Positions 1-12,937 of a stretch of DNA of 64,000 nt are shown piece after piece. Made by a program: the position numbers and the translations under genes. Numbering within the stretch: position 1 is the first letter of the stretch; each line of letters starts with the position of its first letter. The notes under the pieces are model-generated. The model was not told where the DNA came from. It worked only from the letters and a program-made list of their open reading frames with translations, and did no database searches. Origin of the DNA: Amoebidium appalachense (lineage: Eukaryota; Protista; Ichthyosporea); the NCBI GenBank assembly GCA_963693365.1, contig CAVNZM010000011.1, forward strand, positions 7,459,921-7,523,920, given 5' to 3'.

Positions 1-289
1 TCTGAATCATATGGAGCAGAAGGCAGTTGCGGGCCTCCTTGATCATGAGTTCCGCGGCAGTACCGTAGCCGTAGAAGGGGAGTTCACCGTCAACCACGAC
101 GGTGGTAGGGGGGACGTAATTGTCAGCAAGAACAACGTCCACAAGTCGGACACCTTTCAAATTGGTGCCGGTCATCATTCCGAGAAAGATGATTTCCCAT
201 TGAAAATAGGTGGTTTTACTATCGGGATCAGTCTTCCATTCACCTTTCCACATGGTTATTTTGTTCACACCAGTTTTGTTTGGATCCAT
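1..289 (-). CDS. Probable Ty1/Copia-like gag N-terminus (ORF runs off left edge; not in ORF track)
   Basis: Manual translation from ATG at 289: MDPNKTGVNKITMWKGEWKTDPDSKTTYFQWEIIFLGMMTG...EARNCLLLHMIQ, open to position 1. The 'G....Y..W...F' pattern resembles retroelement gag starts. Intronless, with a possible short LTR upstream. Confidence 0.45.
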   Translation of the reverse strand, partial: MDPNKTGVNKITMWKGEWKTDPDSKTTYFQWEIIFLGMMTGTNLKGVRLVDVVLADNYVPPTTVVVDGELPFYGYGTAAELMIKEARNCLLLHMIQ

Positions 290-1125
290 GATTGAAAACG
301 ATCGCTAGGTCTAGATGTGTGTGGGGAGCGTGCAAAAGGGCTGCATAACCTGTAAAATTGCATAAGTATTTGGGACAGAAGCAGAGACACAGTGGTGCAG
401 TCTGAAAACACCACAAACACACAACAACAAAACACGGAACAATCGGAGCAGTGTACACAACAGACATCAATGTTTAGACACGACTGAACTGAATTTATTT
501 CGATCTCGTATATATACTCGAAATTCCCTTATGTCAAATCAATACATGATTTCCGACCAGTCGGAAATCAGATCTATGTCTAAAGTAACCAATCACAATG
601 AACTGATTAACTCCAGGATAGATCCGGCGATACAGGAACGCACACCATAGGTCACAGCTACTAGAAAGTATTGAGGTGAAAAGTAACGAGGAAAGAGGTG
701 ATGTTTCTAACCTCAGGCTATCACCAGCTACAAAGACTCGGACACATTCTGACTAGGTCTACTGATTGGTCACAGTACGGCAACACACAAAACTGAAGTG
801 GTTGACTAAGCTATGAATCGCACATGACAAGCTACTAGTGTAGCCTAAGTGTTTTCCTACCAATCAAAACATAACGAGTAATACAAATCTACTCAACGTA
901 TATTAGGGAAAAAGAAACATGATCATGTGAAAGAAAACAAGGGAGAAAAGAAAGAGAAAAGAAAGAAGAAGAAGGAGGAAAGAGAGAAGAAGACAGGACT
1001 GGCAGAAAACACGAACACGAAAACACAGTTACAACAGAAGATATTTACGTACACATAAACATGTACACGTTTCTCCCTGAGTGGGTGGAATCGTGTACAC
1101 ACATATCAACTGTTACACTAACCAG

Positions 1126-1273
1126 TGATAAAGTACACGATTAGAGCCGATCTATGACGATTACATGTGTACAGCCACATTAGAGATCGATGAGACATTT
1201 TTCGTAATAGGAGTGTGACATATATACTAAGCACATGAACTGAAACATAACTCAAACTGAAAAGATCTTACCA
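1126..1273 (-). repeat. Candidate short 5' LTR of the left-edge element
   Basis: On the minus strand it begins TGGTAA and ends TTATCA (TG..CA, imperfect inverted ends), contains TATATA, and is followed by C-TGG (PBS-like). No second copy lies in the window. Confidence 0.25.
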
Positions 1274-1290
1274 ATTGTAGATACTACGCA

Positions 1291-2175
1291 CTACAACACA
1301 CCCAGCAGGTAGCCGTAGGCCTCGTGTGGGTCAACACCTTGCTTCAGCCCGTACGTGGTGTGCCAGCGCTCGATCTCCTTGTTCAGCGCACGGCCGGCCT
1401 CGAGTTGGAACTCGGTGGACGAATTCATGTCGTGGGGGCGGAGGTGCACGTTTTCGCAGCGCAGCAGTGCTTCGGCGAACGACATGTTTTGGTCCGCCAT
1501 AACCTCGTTAAGCGCACGCTCGTAGATCTGGTGTTGCAGCGCCGTCAGCGTGGACACCCAGTCGTTGTCCGTCAGCAGGTGGGAGTCGGGGATAGCCCGG
1601 GCGAGCATCTTCACCCACCGCTTGAAGGCTTCAAAGTCAATGCGATCAGCGGTCAGTACCGGCCGATAGCGAGCCACATGGTCACTCAGCGACCGTTTGA
1701 CCTCAAAATTGGCCGCATCCTCCAGCGCAATGTGGGGAAACGCGTTACGAATGGCAGGGCGGGGAGCTCGAGCACCACCGGCGGGTGCAAGCGGGCCCAT
1801 GTGCGCGGGCAGAGGCTGCTGGCCAGCAGGGGGTGCAAGGCCGAGAGGGGGAGCCAGGCCGGGAGCCGGCGCAAGGTTGGGGGGCCCCGGGGGCTGGACA
1901 TTCATAGGCGCCTGCGTGGGGGGGAGCATCATGCGGTGTAAGGCTCTGGCTTGCATACGGTTATCTATAGTGGCAAAACATGTGGTGGCGTCTATCCAGT
2001 GGGGTTCAGGTATGTGTTCTACAGAAAGGGCACGTCTCCAAGTATTTTGCTGAGTCAGCCTAGTGGTCTGTCTAGTTACAGTGTTCAGTCTCCATGCAGT
2101 ATCTACCTGGTCGAAAGCAGGGTCCCATACAGCATCATCATCATGGTTGGGTGAGCCAGGGTAAATGCCATTCAT
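1291..2175 (-). CDS. Uncharacterised protein (Pro/Ala-rich linker plus helical C-terminal domain)
   Basis: ~295-codon non-repetitive ORF from ATG 2175 with GC-rich third positions in the 3' half. No motif recognised. Confidence 0.55.
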   Translation of the reverse strand: MNGIYPGSPNHDDDAVWDPAFDQVDTAWRLNTVTRQTTRLTQQNTWRRALSVEHIPEPHWIDATTCFATIDNRMQARALHRMMLPPTQAPMNVQPPGPPNLAPAPGLAPPLGLAPPAGQQPLPAHMGPLAPAGGARAPRPAIRNAFPHIALEDAANFEVKRSLSDHVARYRPVLTADRIDFEAFKRWVKMLARAIPDSHLLTDNDWVSTLTALQHQIYERALNEVMADQNMSFAEALLRCENVHLRPHDMNSSTEFQLEAGRALNKEIERWHTTYGLKQGVDPHEAYGYLLGVL

Positions 2176-3164
2176 CAGCAAACCCCACCCCCCGTTAAAT
2201 TGTATCCTCGTACACATTTTGAACACTTGAATGTCCAAAAATGTTCAAAACTTCGTACATTCAGTGAATCGTATATGGATACCTATTCGAATGCCACCTG
2301 ACAGGCAAATGGTATATGTGTGTACCTAGCCGAATACTACATGAATACATGCCCAAGTACGTACCTTGTGAATGCACACTAGATACCGTATGAATGCACC
2401 ATAGATACCGTATTCATACCACATGGACACCGTGTTCTGAGTATACACGTACATACGCGTACATGACCAGACATTCAGTTGGAATACATATTTGTGTATA
2501 TAGGGTACATGTGGAGTGCTTTATAAATTCCTGTTCAGTGACACTGGAACGTCCACGAATACACTATGTGAATGTTTCGAAAATACTCCACAAACACGAT
2601 CTGAGTACGACATATGTGTTCATGAATAGTAACTGCGAACGTTATTCAAGTTCGGTGCACACATATGTACTCAAATAGCATCTCACGAATGCCTAAGGGT
2701 ACCATAAAATACCTTATTTGAACACAAACGGATGCCATAAAGGCGTTCGTAGAACAGCATGTTTAGTGCAAATGAATACTTTTTTGGACACTAACAACAT
2801 ATTCAGGCAGTATTTTTCGACCATACTCGTAATACATTTATATACACGAATTTGACATTCGTGTATGTTCACGGGGCATTGTAAGAACAGTATAGAGATG
2901 TTCACATTGTGTGTTTATTGGTATTCATAAATTGTTCGTGGGCGCCCACATTTATTCACACAATACATTCGAGAATACCCTACTATTACGACATGAGTAA
3001 CTTTTGAATGTACATGCCCAGCATTCATTGAACACTAATATGTACCGACTCACTCTGTCGACGTCCCCCCCCCCCCTCCCCCCCCCCCCTCCCTCCCTCC
3101 CCCCCTTCCCCCCCATATCCCCCTTCCGTTCCCCCTGCCCACCCCCTATTACTTATATACCCAT

Positions 3165-3420
3165 GCATTGTTCAGAATCTGAAGTCAGAAGATTTTCTTT
3201 ATTGTGTTGGCTGACACCAAAACACCAAGAAAAATCTAAGTCACCATGGTTTCGTACTTTCTATTTTCTAAAATTAAAATAAGGACACACATACACAAAG
3301 ACAAAGACACACACACACATGTATTGTTCAGAATCTAAAGTAACAACATTTTCCTTATTATTTTGGCTGACACTAAAAGCACCAAGTAAAAATCACAATA
3401 AAAAATAGTTTCGTACTAAT
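3165..3420. repeat. Degenerate direct duplication (~155 bp period)
   Basis: attgttcagaatct.aagt...ttggctgacac.aaa..cacca...ttcgtact occurs at ~3166 and ~3323. Confidence 0.7.
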
Positions 3421-3841
3421 AATTTCTACTTGTGCCTATCACTAGAGTTCACACTTCCTCCTGCCCAGGCAGGGCGTCGGCGTGTGCAGGGTCATCCACT
3501 CTCTTGTCGCCGTTCTGGTCGCCGGCCTCCTGCGCCTTCTTCTCCTTCTCCTCAGCCGCGGCCCTTTCGGCATCAGCTATAGCTGCCGCCTTAGCTGCTT
3601 CTTGTTTGGCCTTGACGTACATCTTCAAATTCCTCTTGTACTGTGGGGAAACATATGGTGAGCAAATGGAACACAATAAAACAGCTATTACTATCTAATC
3701 TACATACTCAGTTACCTCGCAGTTGGCGCTGCCGGAAAAAGAATAATGTGTTCGGGTTCGAATTGTGCTTCCGTTTGGGTGTGTAATTGCAGTTTTGGGG
3801 GGGGGGGGGGGGGGGGGGGGGGAGGGGGGGGGGGGGGGAGG

Positions 3842-4016
<175 letters not shown>

Positions 4017-4307
4017 AGAGAGACTGTGTGTCTGTGTGTGTGTGTGTGTTTCTGTGTGTGGTGTGACCGTCGTGCATGTGTTTCTGTTTTTGTGGGTGCG
4101 TGTTTGCGTGTGTGTTTGTGTGTGCATTTTTTTTGGGTGTGTGTGTGTGTTCGTGGGTGTGTGTGTGTTCGTGTGTGTGTGACAGATAAACGGGGTGAGA
4201 CAGAGAGAGATAGAGAGATAGAGAGATAGAGAAGAAGAGAGAGAGAGAGGGAGAGAGAGAGAAAGATAGAATGAGAGAGAGGGAGAGGAAGAGAGAGAGC
4301 GAGAGAC

Positions 4308-4350
<43 letters not shown>

Positions 4351-5266
4351 CTGTGTGTGTGTGTGCATGATGTGTGTGTTCATTCGGTGGGAGCCAGGGG
4401 AAGAAAGAAAGAGAAAAGGAGAAGGGGGGGGGGGGGGGGGGGGGAAGGCTGTCACCTTCTTCAGGTCGTGAAGGGCAGCGTTGTAGCCTGTGGCGTTTAA
4501 CTTGTCGCTGTTGTTGAGCCGGCCGAAGATGCCGGAATCACGGTAGGAGGGGCAGAAGAGCACCTCCTTCACGATGTACATGCAGTAGGCATGTGTGGTC
4601 GTGAAAGAGGAAACCTGGATGTGGGGAAAGGAGGATGAAAGTTAGTTAGGGTGTACAAGGAATCAACACGTTTTTGCTCTATCTCTTGAATGTTCCTAGT
4701 GGGAAGGGGGATGGGCGAGGAGGTGGGGGGGGGGGGGGGGGGGGGGGGGGTGTAAATAAGGAACCGAGAGTATTATGGTGCAGTATGCTTGCCTAGAGAG
4801 AGGGTGCAATGTACTGAACTGCTTAGACAACCAAGAGAAAAGCATATACCTGGTCGGAAGCCGGGGCTATCTTCTTCACAATTTGTCGGAAGATGCTGTT
4901 CATGCCGGGGCGGCCTTGCTCGTCGACCCACCACTTCGGCCCAAGCACAAACTGCTCACCGTTGGCCTCGGCCACATACATGCTGGTTAGCCTTTGAAGG
5001 CTTGCTTGCGCTCTTCAGTGCCGGCCCCAGGTTCCTGTGTTTAACGTGTGTGGGGGGGGGGGGGGGGGGGGGTAAGCAATATATATCAAGTGATTGGAAG
5101 TGTTTGTTAACGTTTCTATCAGGACCCAATGGGAGAGTTAAAGGAGATGGTTTGAAAAGAAGTTAGGAGGGAGAGACTGAGGGAGGAAGCAAGTTAAAAG
5201 AGAGTATTTAAGGGGAAAGTAGGAGGGAGAAACTGAGGTGGGAAGTTTTTTTTTATGTTTTTTTTT

Positions 5267-5297
<31 letters not shown>

Positions 5298-6340
5298 GGG
5301 AGTGGTAAAAAAACAAGTAAAAAGGAATAGGACAGGGTTGAATGTTCATCATCGAAGTGCCTTTAGTGCAATTGAATACTCGTAAATACACAATGACGAA
5401 CACACCTGAATAAACACTTTGTACATCAACGAATGCAATGCACTGGTTAATGGTACTAACACATGCAATATAATGTTCAATGTACACTCGAACAACACCT
5501 GTGTAACATACGAACACTCATCAAGGACACCCAAGAATATACGAATAGTACATACATAGTGCTAAACAATGGAATCGTTTCAAGTTAGATATAAAAACAA
5601 ATACCAAAGAGATGGTGGTGGATGGGGTAGTTAAATATAAAAACATATACCAAAGAGATGGTGGTGGGTGGGATAGTGTGGGATAGTGTGGAGGGGAGGG
5701 GGGGGGGGGGGGGGGGGGGGATGGGGATGGGGATGCATACACTGATGTCGTACTTCTCCTCCAGTTGCGGGTAAGCCACATTGCGTAGCTTCCACGCAAA
5801 CTGGCCACGCCCGTGGCGTACAGCGTCACGGATCGGTCCCCGGTGGTACTTCTGGGCGATGAAGGCCTTGATCCCCTCGTCCTCACGGTCGCCCTCCTCG
5901 ATGAGGCCCTTCTCCTCGGCGAGCAGCCACACAGCCTCGTCGAGGTCAAGGTCCGTGGCACAGTAGGTCATGCCGAAGACAATCCTGGTGACGTCTGATG
6001 TTGACGTCACCCTCCTGAGGTTGTGGTAGAGCTGGCATGTGTATGTGTGTATGAATCATGTGTTGTGCAGAGGGCCAGGGGGAAGGGGCAAAAGGGGGGG
6101 GGGGGGGGGGGTTAGTTATCCACAGTGATGGCACAAGATTACGTCAAGGTGGAGGATCTCAATACATGTATTTGTGTTTTGATTCTCTTCGGGGAAAGAT
6201 GGGGGGGGGGGGGGGGGGGGGGAAAGGCGGGTGAAGGCGTGGGGTGGGGGGGTGGGGGGAAGATAAGCCATGCACGGCATGATAAGCAGTCCAACTCAAA
6301 GGGCAGGCACTAATTTCAAAAATTATTTGTATGTTTTTTT

Positions 6341-6381
<41 letters not shown>

Positions 6382-7164
6382 TGAGAATGAGGTGAACGAC
6401 GTGACATGGTACCAAATAGTACACTACGAATAGCACATACATGGTAACAAAGGATGCAGCACGTTAGCCTCTTTTAAGTAAACATGGGCCCCGGGGGGGG
6501 GAAGAGGGAGGGGGAGGGGGTATAAGGAGAGCATGCAGGGGCAAAAAAGGGTGCGGGTGAGGGAGGGTCGGTGGGTGGGTGAGTGGGGGGGGGGGGGGGG
6601 GGGGGGGGAGAGAACATACCGTTGAGACCTTGGAGGACATCTGGGCAACCACGATCTGCGGGATGGCCATCTCACTTTTCGAAGGTCGCTTGCGGTCAAA
6701 TTCTTGAGCCGCCTTCTTGGGCTTAGATGCCGGGCTTTGCTGCCCGGCAAGCTCAGGGAAGGCGGCCTTCCACCTGCCCTCGGCGAGTGTCCACAAGTCC
6801 CCGGTGGTAAGGGGTTGGCCTGTTGAATCCGGACAATCTCCTTGGTGATGAAGAGGTGCTTCTGCTGGCCTGGGGGGAAAAAAAAGATTAGCAAGGGTCA
6901 CGGTGGTAATGAGAGAGGGACGGGGGGTGTACATACTGTTGGGTCAAAGTTAAGTGGTCACTGCATGCAGCGGCATAGGTGGGCCCCTAGATTATGCACA
7001 CACACACACACATACACACACACACAATGTCAGCGCGCATCGTACCACGGCACATAATGGCTTCTTTCACTAAGATGTAATCACGAAATAGCACTAAACA
7101 GGACACAGTTATATATATTGCCGGGGGGGGGGGGGGGGAGGGGGGAGGATTACATTTTTCCTCT

Positions 7165-8255
7165 ACTTTTTCCTTTTCCGGTTTATGGATGGGTGTTGGT
7201 TCGATCGGGGCAGGTGCCCAGACAGGAACTGAGCGATAGTCTACGAAAAGCGGCTCTCTGGGTGGATGGGTCCACCCAGCAATTGCGAACGACCTGCAAA
7301 CCTCCTCCTGTGTCGGCTGAAACGAATGAAGGTTTGGAGTGCAGCTGCACTCGACATACTCATTCGACATGACAGTCCATAAGGGACTTGCAAAACGGCC
7401 GACGCGAGATTGCGACCCAAATTGAACCCCTGGTGGACAGCACCAGGTAGTAAAAGAACGGCCGCACCTGGAGGTTGAATGAAGCATTTGTATTGGATGT
7501 TGTTGGTTTCGAGTATTTCGCGCGAGAGAAGCAGGAGATTTTTGTGTGCGAGACGACTAGCACATTTTGGGCCTATGCCCTTTATTGAATTCACGATGTG
7601 CAGGAATTTCCTGTATGAGGACGACGATAGTGACAGCCACATCTTTTCAGCACCCCAATGATTGACGCTAATAGACGCAAGGTTGTTGTCTACCGAGTGC
7701 AAGCCAAAAAATGCGCCCAGTTCTGCAAAATAACACATCGGACTTGTAATTCCTGACATTTTCCCCCATCCCACGTGTACGAGTGGTGTTTGATCGGTGA
7801 GAGAGCGAAGAGGCTGCAAAAACCCATCCAGTGTGGGTGCATTCGTGGGCGCATCTATGTGGCTACAGTAATTTATCGTGTTGTGTTTCCCGTATTCTAC
7901 TATTTGCTCGAGACAGGCCCAGAAAAAGTCCTTGACGTCGGACTGGTTTTTCGTTTTCCCTAAGGGCACAGGTGTGGCTGGCTGGGACCACACCCCCTGA
8001 AGTGTGGTGCCCTGTGCCATTGGAGACGATTCTACAATTGCCCATTGCTTAAATTTCAAAACGACGATCTTCTGGCACTCGCCCTGGCCCGCCTTTATCT
8101 CAATTTCGCTAAGAAAAGTACTCGGGTCGTTCGTGAAGTCCCCCCAATTCTCGAGAAGTGGCACCCGGCTTTCCCTCTTTTTCACATCGAAGTACTGCGT
8201 CCAAAGCAAATGCACAAGCGGAAGCAACACCCATTCTTGAAGCACAGCCAAGGCC
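7165..8255 (-). CDS. JmjN + KDM4-like JmjC histone-demethylase domain exon
   Basis: JmjN-like VPLLENWGDFTNDPSTFLSEIEIKAG. JmjC: GITSPMCYF...FGLHSVD...SISVNHWGAEKMW...KCASRLAHK...QPPG...PGAVHQGFNLGRNLA. After a frameshift at ~7395 it reads FASPLW...ECSC, giving the KDM4-type C/H/CxC Zn site. Confidence 0.9.
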
Positions 8256-8503
8256 TGCAAGGAGCAACACACGGTTCAAAAGCAAATCATTACAGACATA
8301 AAACCTTTCTGACCAGAGAACCGAGAAACGACGGGAGGAAAAGGTGTGGGTGTGCTGTGTGCTGTGTGCTGTGGTGGGGGGAGGGGGGGGGGGGGGGGGG
8401 GGGGAAGAGCAGAAACCAAGTCACTTACCAGGGGCAATAGCTGGCTTCTCGCCGCCCTGCTGAGGTGGAACCACCTCTTCCGCCTCACTCTCCGACTCCT
8501 CTG

Positions 8504-9257
8504 TGTCGTATCCTATTATGTATGTACTAGAGACGCGGCACTCTACTAAGTGTACACACACGAAAAGGAACGAACGTAGTACGGAAAAACGGTAAAGTTT
8601 ATTCAGACCAGGCTCCGACGGGCAAACTTAGATCCGTACGGAATGAGACTAAGTTACAACTAAGGCCATCAAGGCCGTGCCCTCAAAGATCATCATCACC
8701 TGGCCCCCTACGATGCCACATTCCAAACATTCCGATCTACTTTTATCGTGCGCCTGCACGAGCTAAGTCGATCTGGGGTTTACGCTGTTTACTCGAGGCA
8801 AAAGTCGATCTACTCAACTAATGTATTTATCCATGTCTCACCCCCTCACCCCTCCCCCTAGTGGCACCGCCTGAGAGTCTAAATCTACATTTCATACTAT
8901 CCTCCCCCCCCCTCCCTCCCCCCTTTCCTCTACATCTAAATATATAAATACGTTTGGCAACATACACTATCAAACCTTGCCAATACTTACAAAAGGGCTT
9001 CTGCCCGAACAATCACATTCCTAAGTCCTCCTACGATCTATCCTACACACTAATTAGAATTCTATTGGTCGGCTGTCCCAGCTGACGTGGTCCTGCCCTG
9101 CGCCGGCAGAGGCAAGATGATGCACGCAGCTGCACAGCTATCTTGAGGCCCCGGACTTGATCTTGATGATCTGTGGGCCCGGGCCACCCCCCCCCCCCCC
9201 CCCCCGATCTCGATCGTAGACTTAGGCTGATCTGCTGAGACGGATTAGTATATGTCA
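8504..9257 (-). repeat. 3' LTR
   Basis: tgtcgtatcc...tatatgtca, matches 14893-15619. Confidence 0.95.
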
Positions 9258-9276
9258 ACTCCCCCCCGGCCCCCGG
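9258..9276 (-). other. Polypurine tract
   Basis: Minus-strand G-rich tract gggggccgggggggagt abutting the 3' LTR. Confidence 0.7.
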
Positions 9277-9438
9277 AAAAGCTGAGTCCCACCTCAGTCA
9301 CATTACATCCAACACCCCCTAAAAAGACATAGACTAATCAGTCTCCTAAAAAAATTAAGTTAAATAAATTACGAAGAAAAATAATAAATTAATCTACACC
9401 ATAAGCTTGATACCTACGGAGACACCTATGATAATAAA

Positions 9439-11256
9439 TTAAATTCCTACGACTACGTTCACACTCCTCCTCGGTCTCCCTCCCCCCCCTCCCCCTCCCC
9501 CCGTGTGTCTAGTACGTGTATTTGCATCACTCCCCCCCCCGGCCCCCTCCCCCATCGACTTTTTCACACCACGATTAAACTGAGGAATAACTCTCTTTGG
9601 CCTAGAGGGAGCACTAGGCAACTCCCTCTGCACTAATCTAGCCTCATAAGCACGAATAGAAAACGGGCAATCCAAATGAAACTCAGGCAACCACTGATCT
9701 TCCTGATAACCTCCCTCAAAACGAATTAAATAATAATTTACCTTACCTTCCTTACCTTCGATAACCTTTTTATCCATAATTTTATCTACTGCAGCCTCCG
9801 ATACATCCACCGACCCGTCATAGTCGGGGGTGAATGCATCTAACACTCGACGGCCCTCCGGCCGTTTAACCCTAAGGGCCCTATCATAATATTCCTTTAT
9901 ATCATCTACATTATAAAATCTAACATCACTCTCATTATCTAACCTCTGCACCTTATATTCCGTCGGACCTAACCTAGCCACTATTTTATACGGACCGATA
10001 AAAAGAGGCAACCATTTCTTACCATACTTACGAAGACCTTCACCTTCACTCTTACCTTCCTGCTCCTGCTTATATCTCTTTTTCCTAGTATGATGATCCC
10101 TAATTAAAACTAAAGTACCCTCGGCAAATTCACGTAACGGACGTGTGGACACGTCTGTACGTGCCTATGCCTGCTATGTACGGGCCAGAGCTGCATCACG
10201 TGCAGCCCGGGCCCGGGTTAGTAGCTGCTCCCGGAACTCAGTCCAGTGGGGATAAGTTAGTCGGTCAGCCCCCCCCATCGGCAAAAGTGCCGTATCTAAC
10301 AAACTAATAGCCTCCTGCCCATAGACCAAATAAAACGGAGAAAAACCAGTCACAGCATGAGGGGTAGAATTATACGAATGAGCAATAAACCTAGACATAT
10401 GATCCCAATCATTAGCCTCCACATCCACCATTTTGCCAAAGGACTTCTGAAACACTGCATGCACACGTTCAGAGATGGCATTTGCTTGAGGGTGATATGC
10501 AGACGTAGTGATATGAGCTACCCTTAAAATTTTACAAACCTCCGACACCAACTGATTTAAAAACACACGACTCCTATCCGTTAACAAAACACGAGGACAA
10601 CCAAACCCAAGACAAATTTCATCCACAAAAATATGAGCAAACAAAAGGGCATTAGCAGTGGGGAGAGGAAAAACTTCAACCCAACGAGTGGCCACATCGG
10701 TGACGGTAACAAGAACAGTGTTACCCTCAACCGTAGAATTAAAAGGACCGACCACATCCACTGCTACCCTTTCAAACATACGAACATTAAAATCCCTAAT
10801 AAACGACGGGCGGGAACGAGAGTGTGGACTCTCATTCCTTTCCTGACAATGCATGCATGACAACACATAATCCCTCACCTCCCTACTCATACCCGGCCAA
10901 AAATACGAACGATTAACACGAAGCAACGTCCTATTTACACCTAAATGACCAGCCATGGGATGCTCATGCACCATATGCAAAACCTCAGGCACAAGTGCCG
11001 TCGGGACCCAAACTCGGTGTCCGTCTGGCCCAGAACAATGATAAACTAAATCCTGCTCTACCTGACACATTTTTGCTAACTTAGCTACCTTAATCATCTG
11101 CCTTTTATTTTTAAATTTAATCGAATCAACCGGCCCCTTTAAATAATTCTTAACCAGACCAATCAACACATCTTCCTCCTGAGCTAAGATCAAAGCCGTA
11201 GGTGCTAAGGCAGGGGCCGAGCCATGAGACTCGGTCCCGACCTCAGACACTGACAA
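9439..11256 (-). pseudogene. Integrase (HHCC, DDE, GPY/F) + chromodomain
   Basis: HEHPMAGH...CMHC; VDVVG / TDRS / ISER; FIGPYKI; chromodomain VDKIMDKK...YYLIRFEGG...DQWLPEFHL. Two in-frame TAG stops at ~10162-10176. Confidence 0.92.
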
Positions 11257-11335
11257 ATACCTCCCCCCCCCCCTCCCCTACACTTATAAGCAAGCAACCC
11301 CGGAGCCCAAGAAGACACATCAACAGACACAGCAT

Positions 11336-12937
11336 CTATTCCTTTCTTCTCACTCTCCCCTCCCTTCCCCCCTCCCCCCCCCGTCTCTCACTAGCCCCCC
11401 CCTCCCCCTCCTTCTCTTCTTCAAACAAAATATAAGCAGCACGAGAGAGAGCATCACAGTCAACCATTGTTTCACCCTTGGCATAAAACAATTTATAGGA
11501 GAACTCACCGAGAGCCGCGGCCCACTTCTGCATCCTCTCGTTGACCAGACGAGTGGTGCCGGCCATGGCTAGGCAGGGCTTGTGGTCGGTGTAGACCTCA
11601 AACGTCCTGCCTGCGAGTATATACCTCCATGCCTGTGAGACTGCCCAAAAGATAGCATGGGACTCTCTCTCCGGATATCTATATCTACGTTCACTTTTAC
11701 TAAATGAACGACTAGCATAAGCGATCACACTATCCTGCCCCTCCTGCACTTGATATAACACGGCCCCCTCAGCAACCTTACTTGCATCACACCGAACTTT
11801 AAACATCCCCCCCCCGGCCGAAAAATCAGGATGAACAAGCATACTCGAAGACTGCAAAGCTAACTTAAGCTTTTCGAAAGCAGAAACAGCATCAACACAC
11901 CAATCTATCCTATTCTTCTTCTCCCCCCCCGTCTGACTAGTTAACGGCAAAGCAAGCATACTATAATCCTTAATATAACGACGAAGATAATTAGTTAAAC
12001 CTAAAAATTGCCGTAGTTGAGTGACCGTCTGAGGACGGGGCCACTCAACTATGGCCCGGATTTTCTCCGGATCAGGGGAAAGACCATTGCTAGACACGAT
12101 ATAACCTAAAAACTTAACCTCCGGCACACCAATCACAGTCTTGCTACCGCTAATACGAAGACCAGACTCACCCAAAGCGAAAAATACTCAGGCTTTTTCA
12201 CAATTAATAACTAACTCCTCAAACGACCTACCTTTAATTAAAACATCATCCAAATAAGGGTGGCATACATCCAAATGAGGGTGGAGAATTTTATACATTA
12301 CCCGGCACAACATAGCTGGAGAGGAGAGCAAACCCATCGGCACCACCTTGTACTGGAACAGCTGGTCACCCAGTGCAAAGGCAGTCTTCTCCTTGCTGCT
12401 CTCCTCCAACCTTATCTGCCAAAAAGCTGCTTTTAAATCAAGTTTAGCAAAGTGAGTATAGCCGTGCAGCTGTGAAAGCTGCTCGTCTATGTTAGGGAGA
12501 GGCCATTGGTCTGCCTTAGTGATCCGATTCAGAGCCCTGTAATCGTTCACTAGACGCCAAGACCCGTCGGGCTTCTTAACCAATAGCACCGGACTTCTCC
12601 ACGGACTCGAACTATGCTCCACATGACCCTTTTTTAACATATCACTCACTATTATTAGCGCATCCGACAATTTATACTGCTCCATTCTATAGCTAGGCAT
12701 CACTACCGGCCTATTATCACCTGTGTCGATCTGCATTTCAAACCCTTTAACGAAGCCTACTTCGTTATCATCGGCCAGAAATGCAAACCGAGTCCTATCA
12801 AATAACTTAGCTAATAATTTTTTCTGCTCCACCGTCCAATCCCCCTCCTTCATACCAAACGGCAATACTAACTCCGGGTTACCCCCATCACAAGTGGATG
12901 CATCCTTATTCACCGGAGTCACGGTGCCACTTAACAT
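11336..12937 (-). pseudogene. Reverse transcriptase + RNase H
   Basis: SPVLLVKKPDGSWRLVNDYRALN, LDLKAAFWQI, PMGL, YLDD; RNase H CDAS, YTDHK, DALSR. In-frame TGA at 12188. Confidence 0.95.

Noticed and set aside
11-295. Plus-strand 94-aa ORF
   Set aside because: Probably the antisense shadow of the minus-strand gag-like frame.
10160-12190. In-frame TAG/TGA suggesting a variant genetic code or readthrough
   Set aside because: They are confined to a defective TE and explained by C>T changes. The GDH-like exons contain no internal stops.
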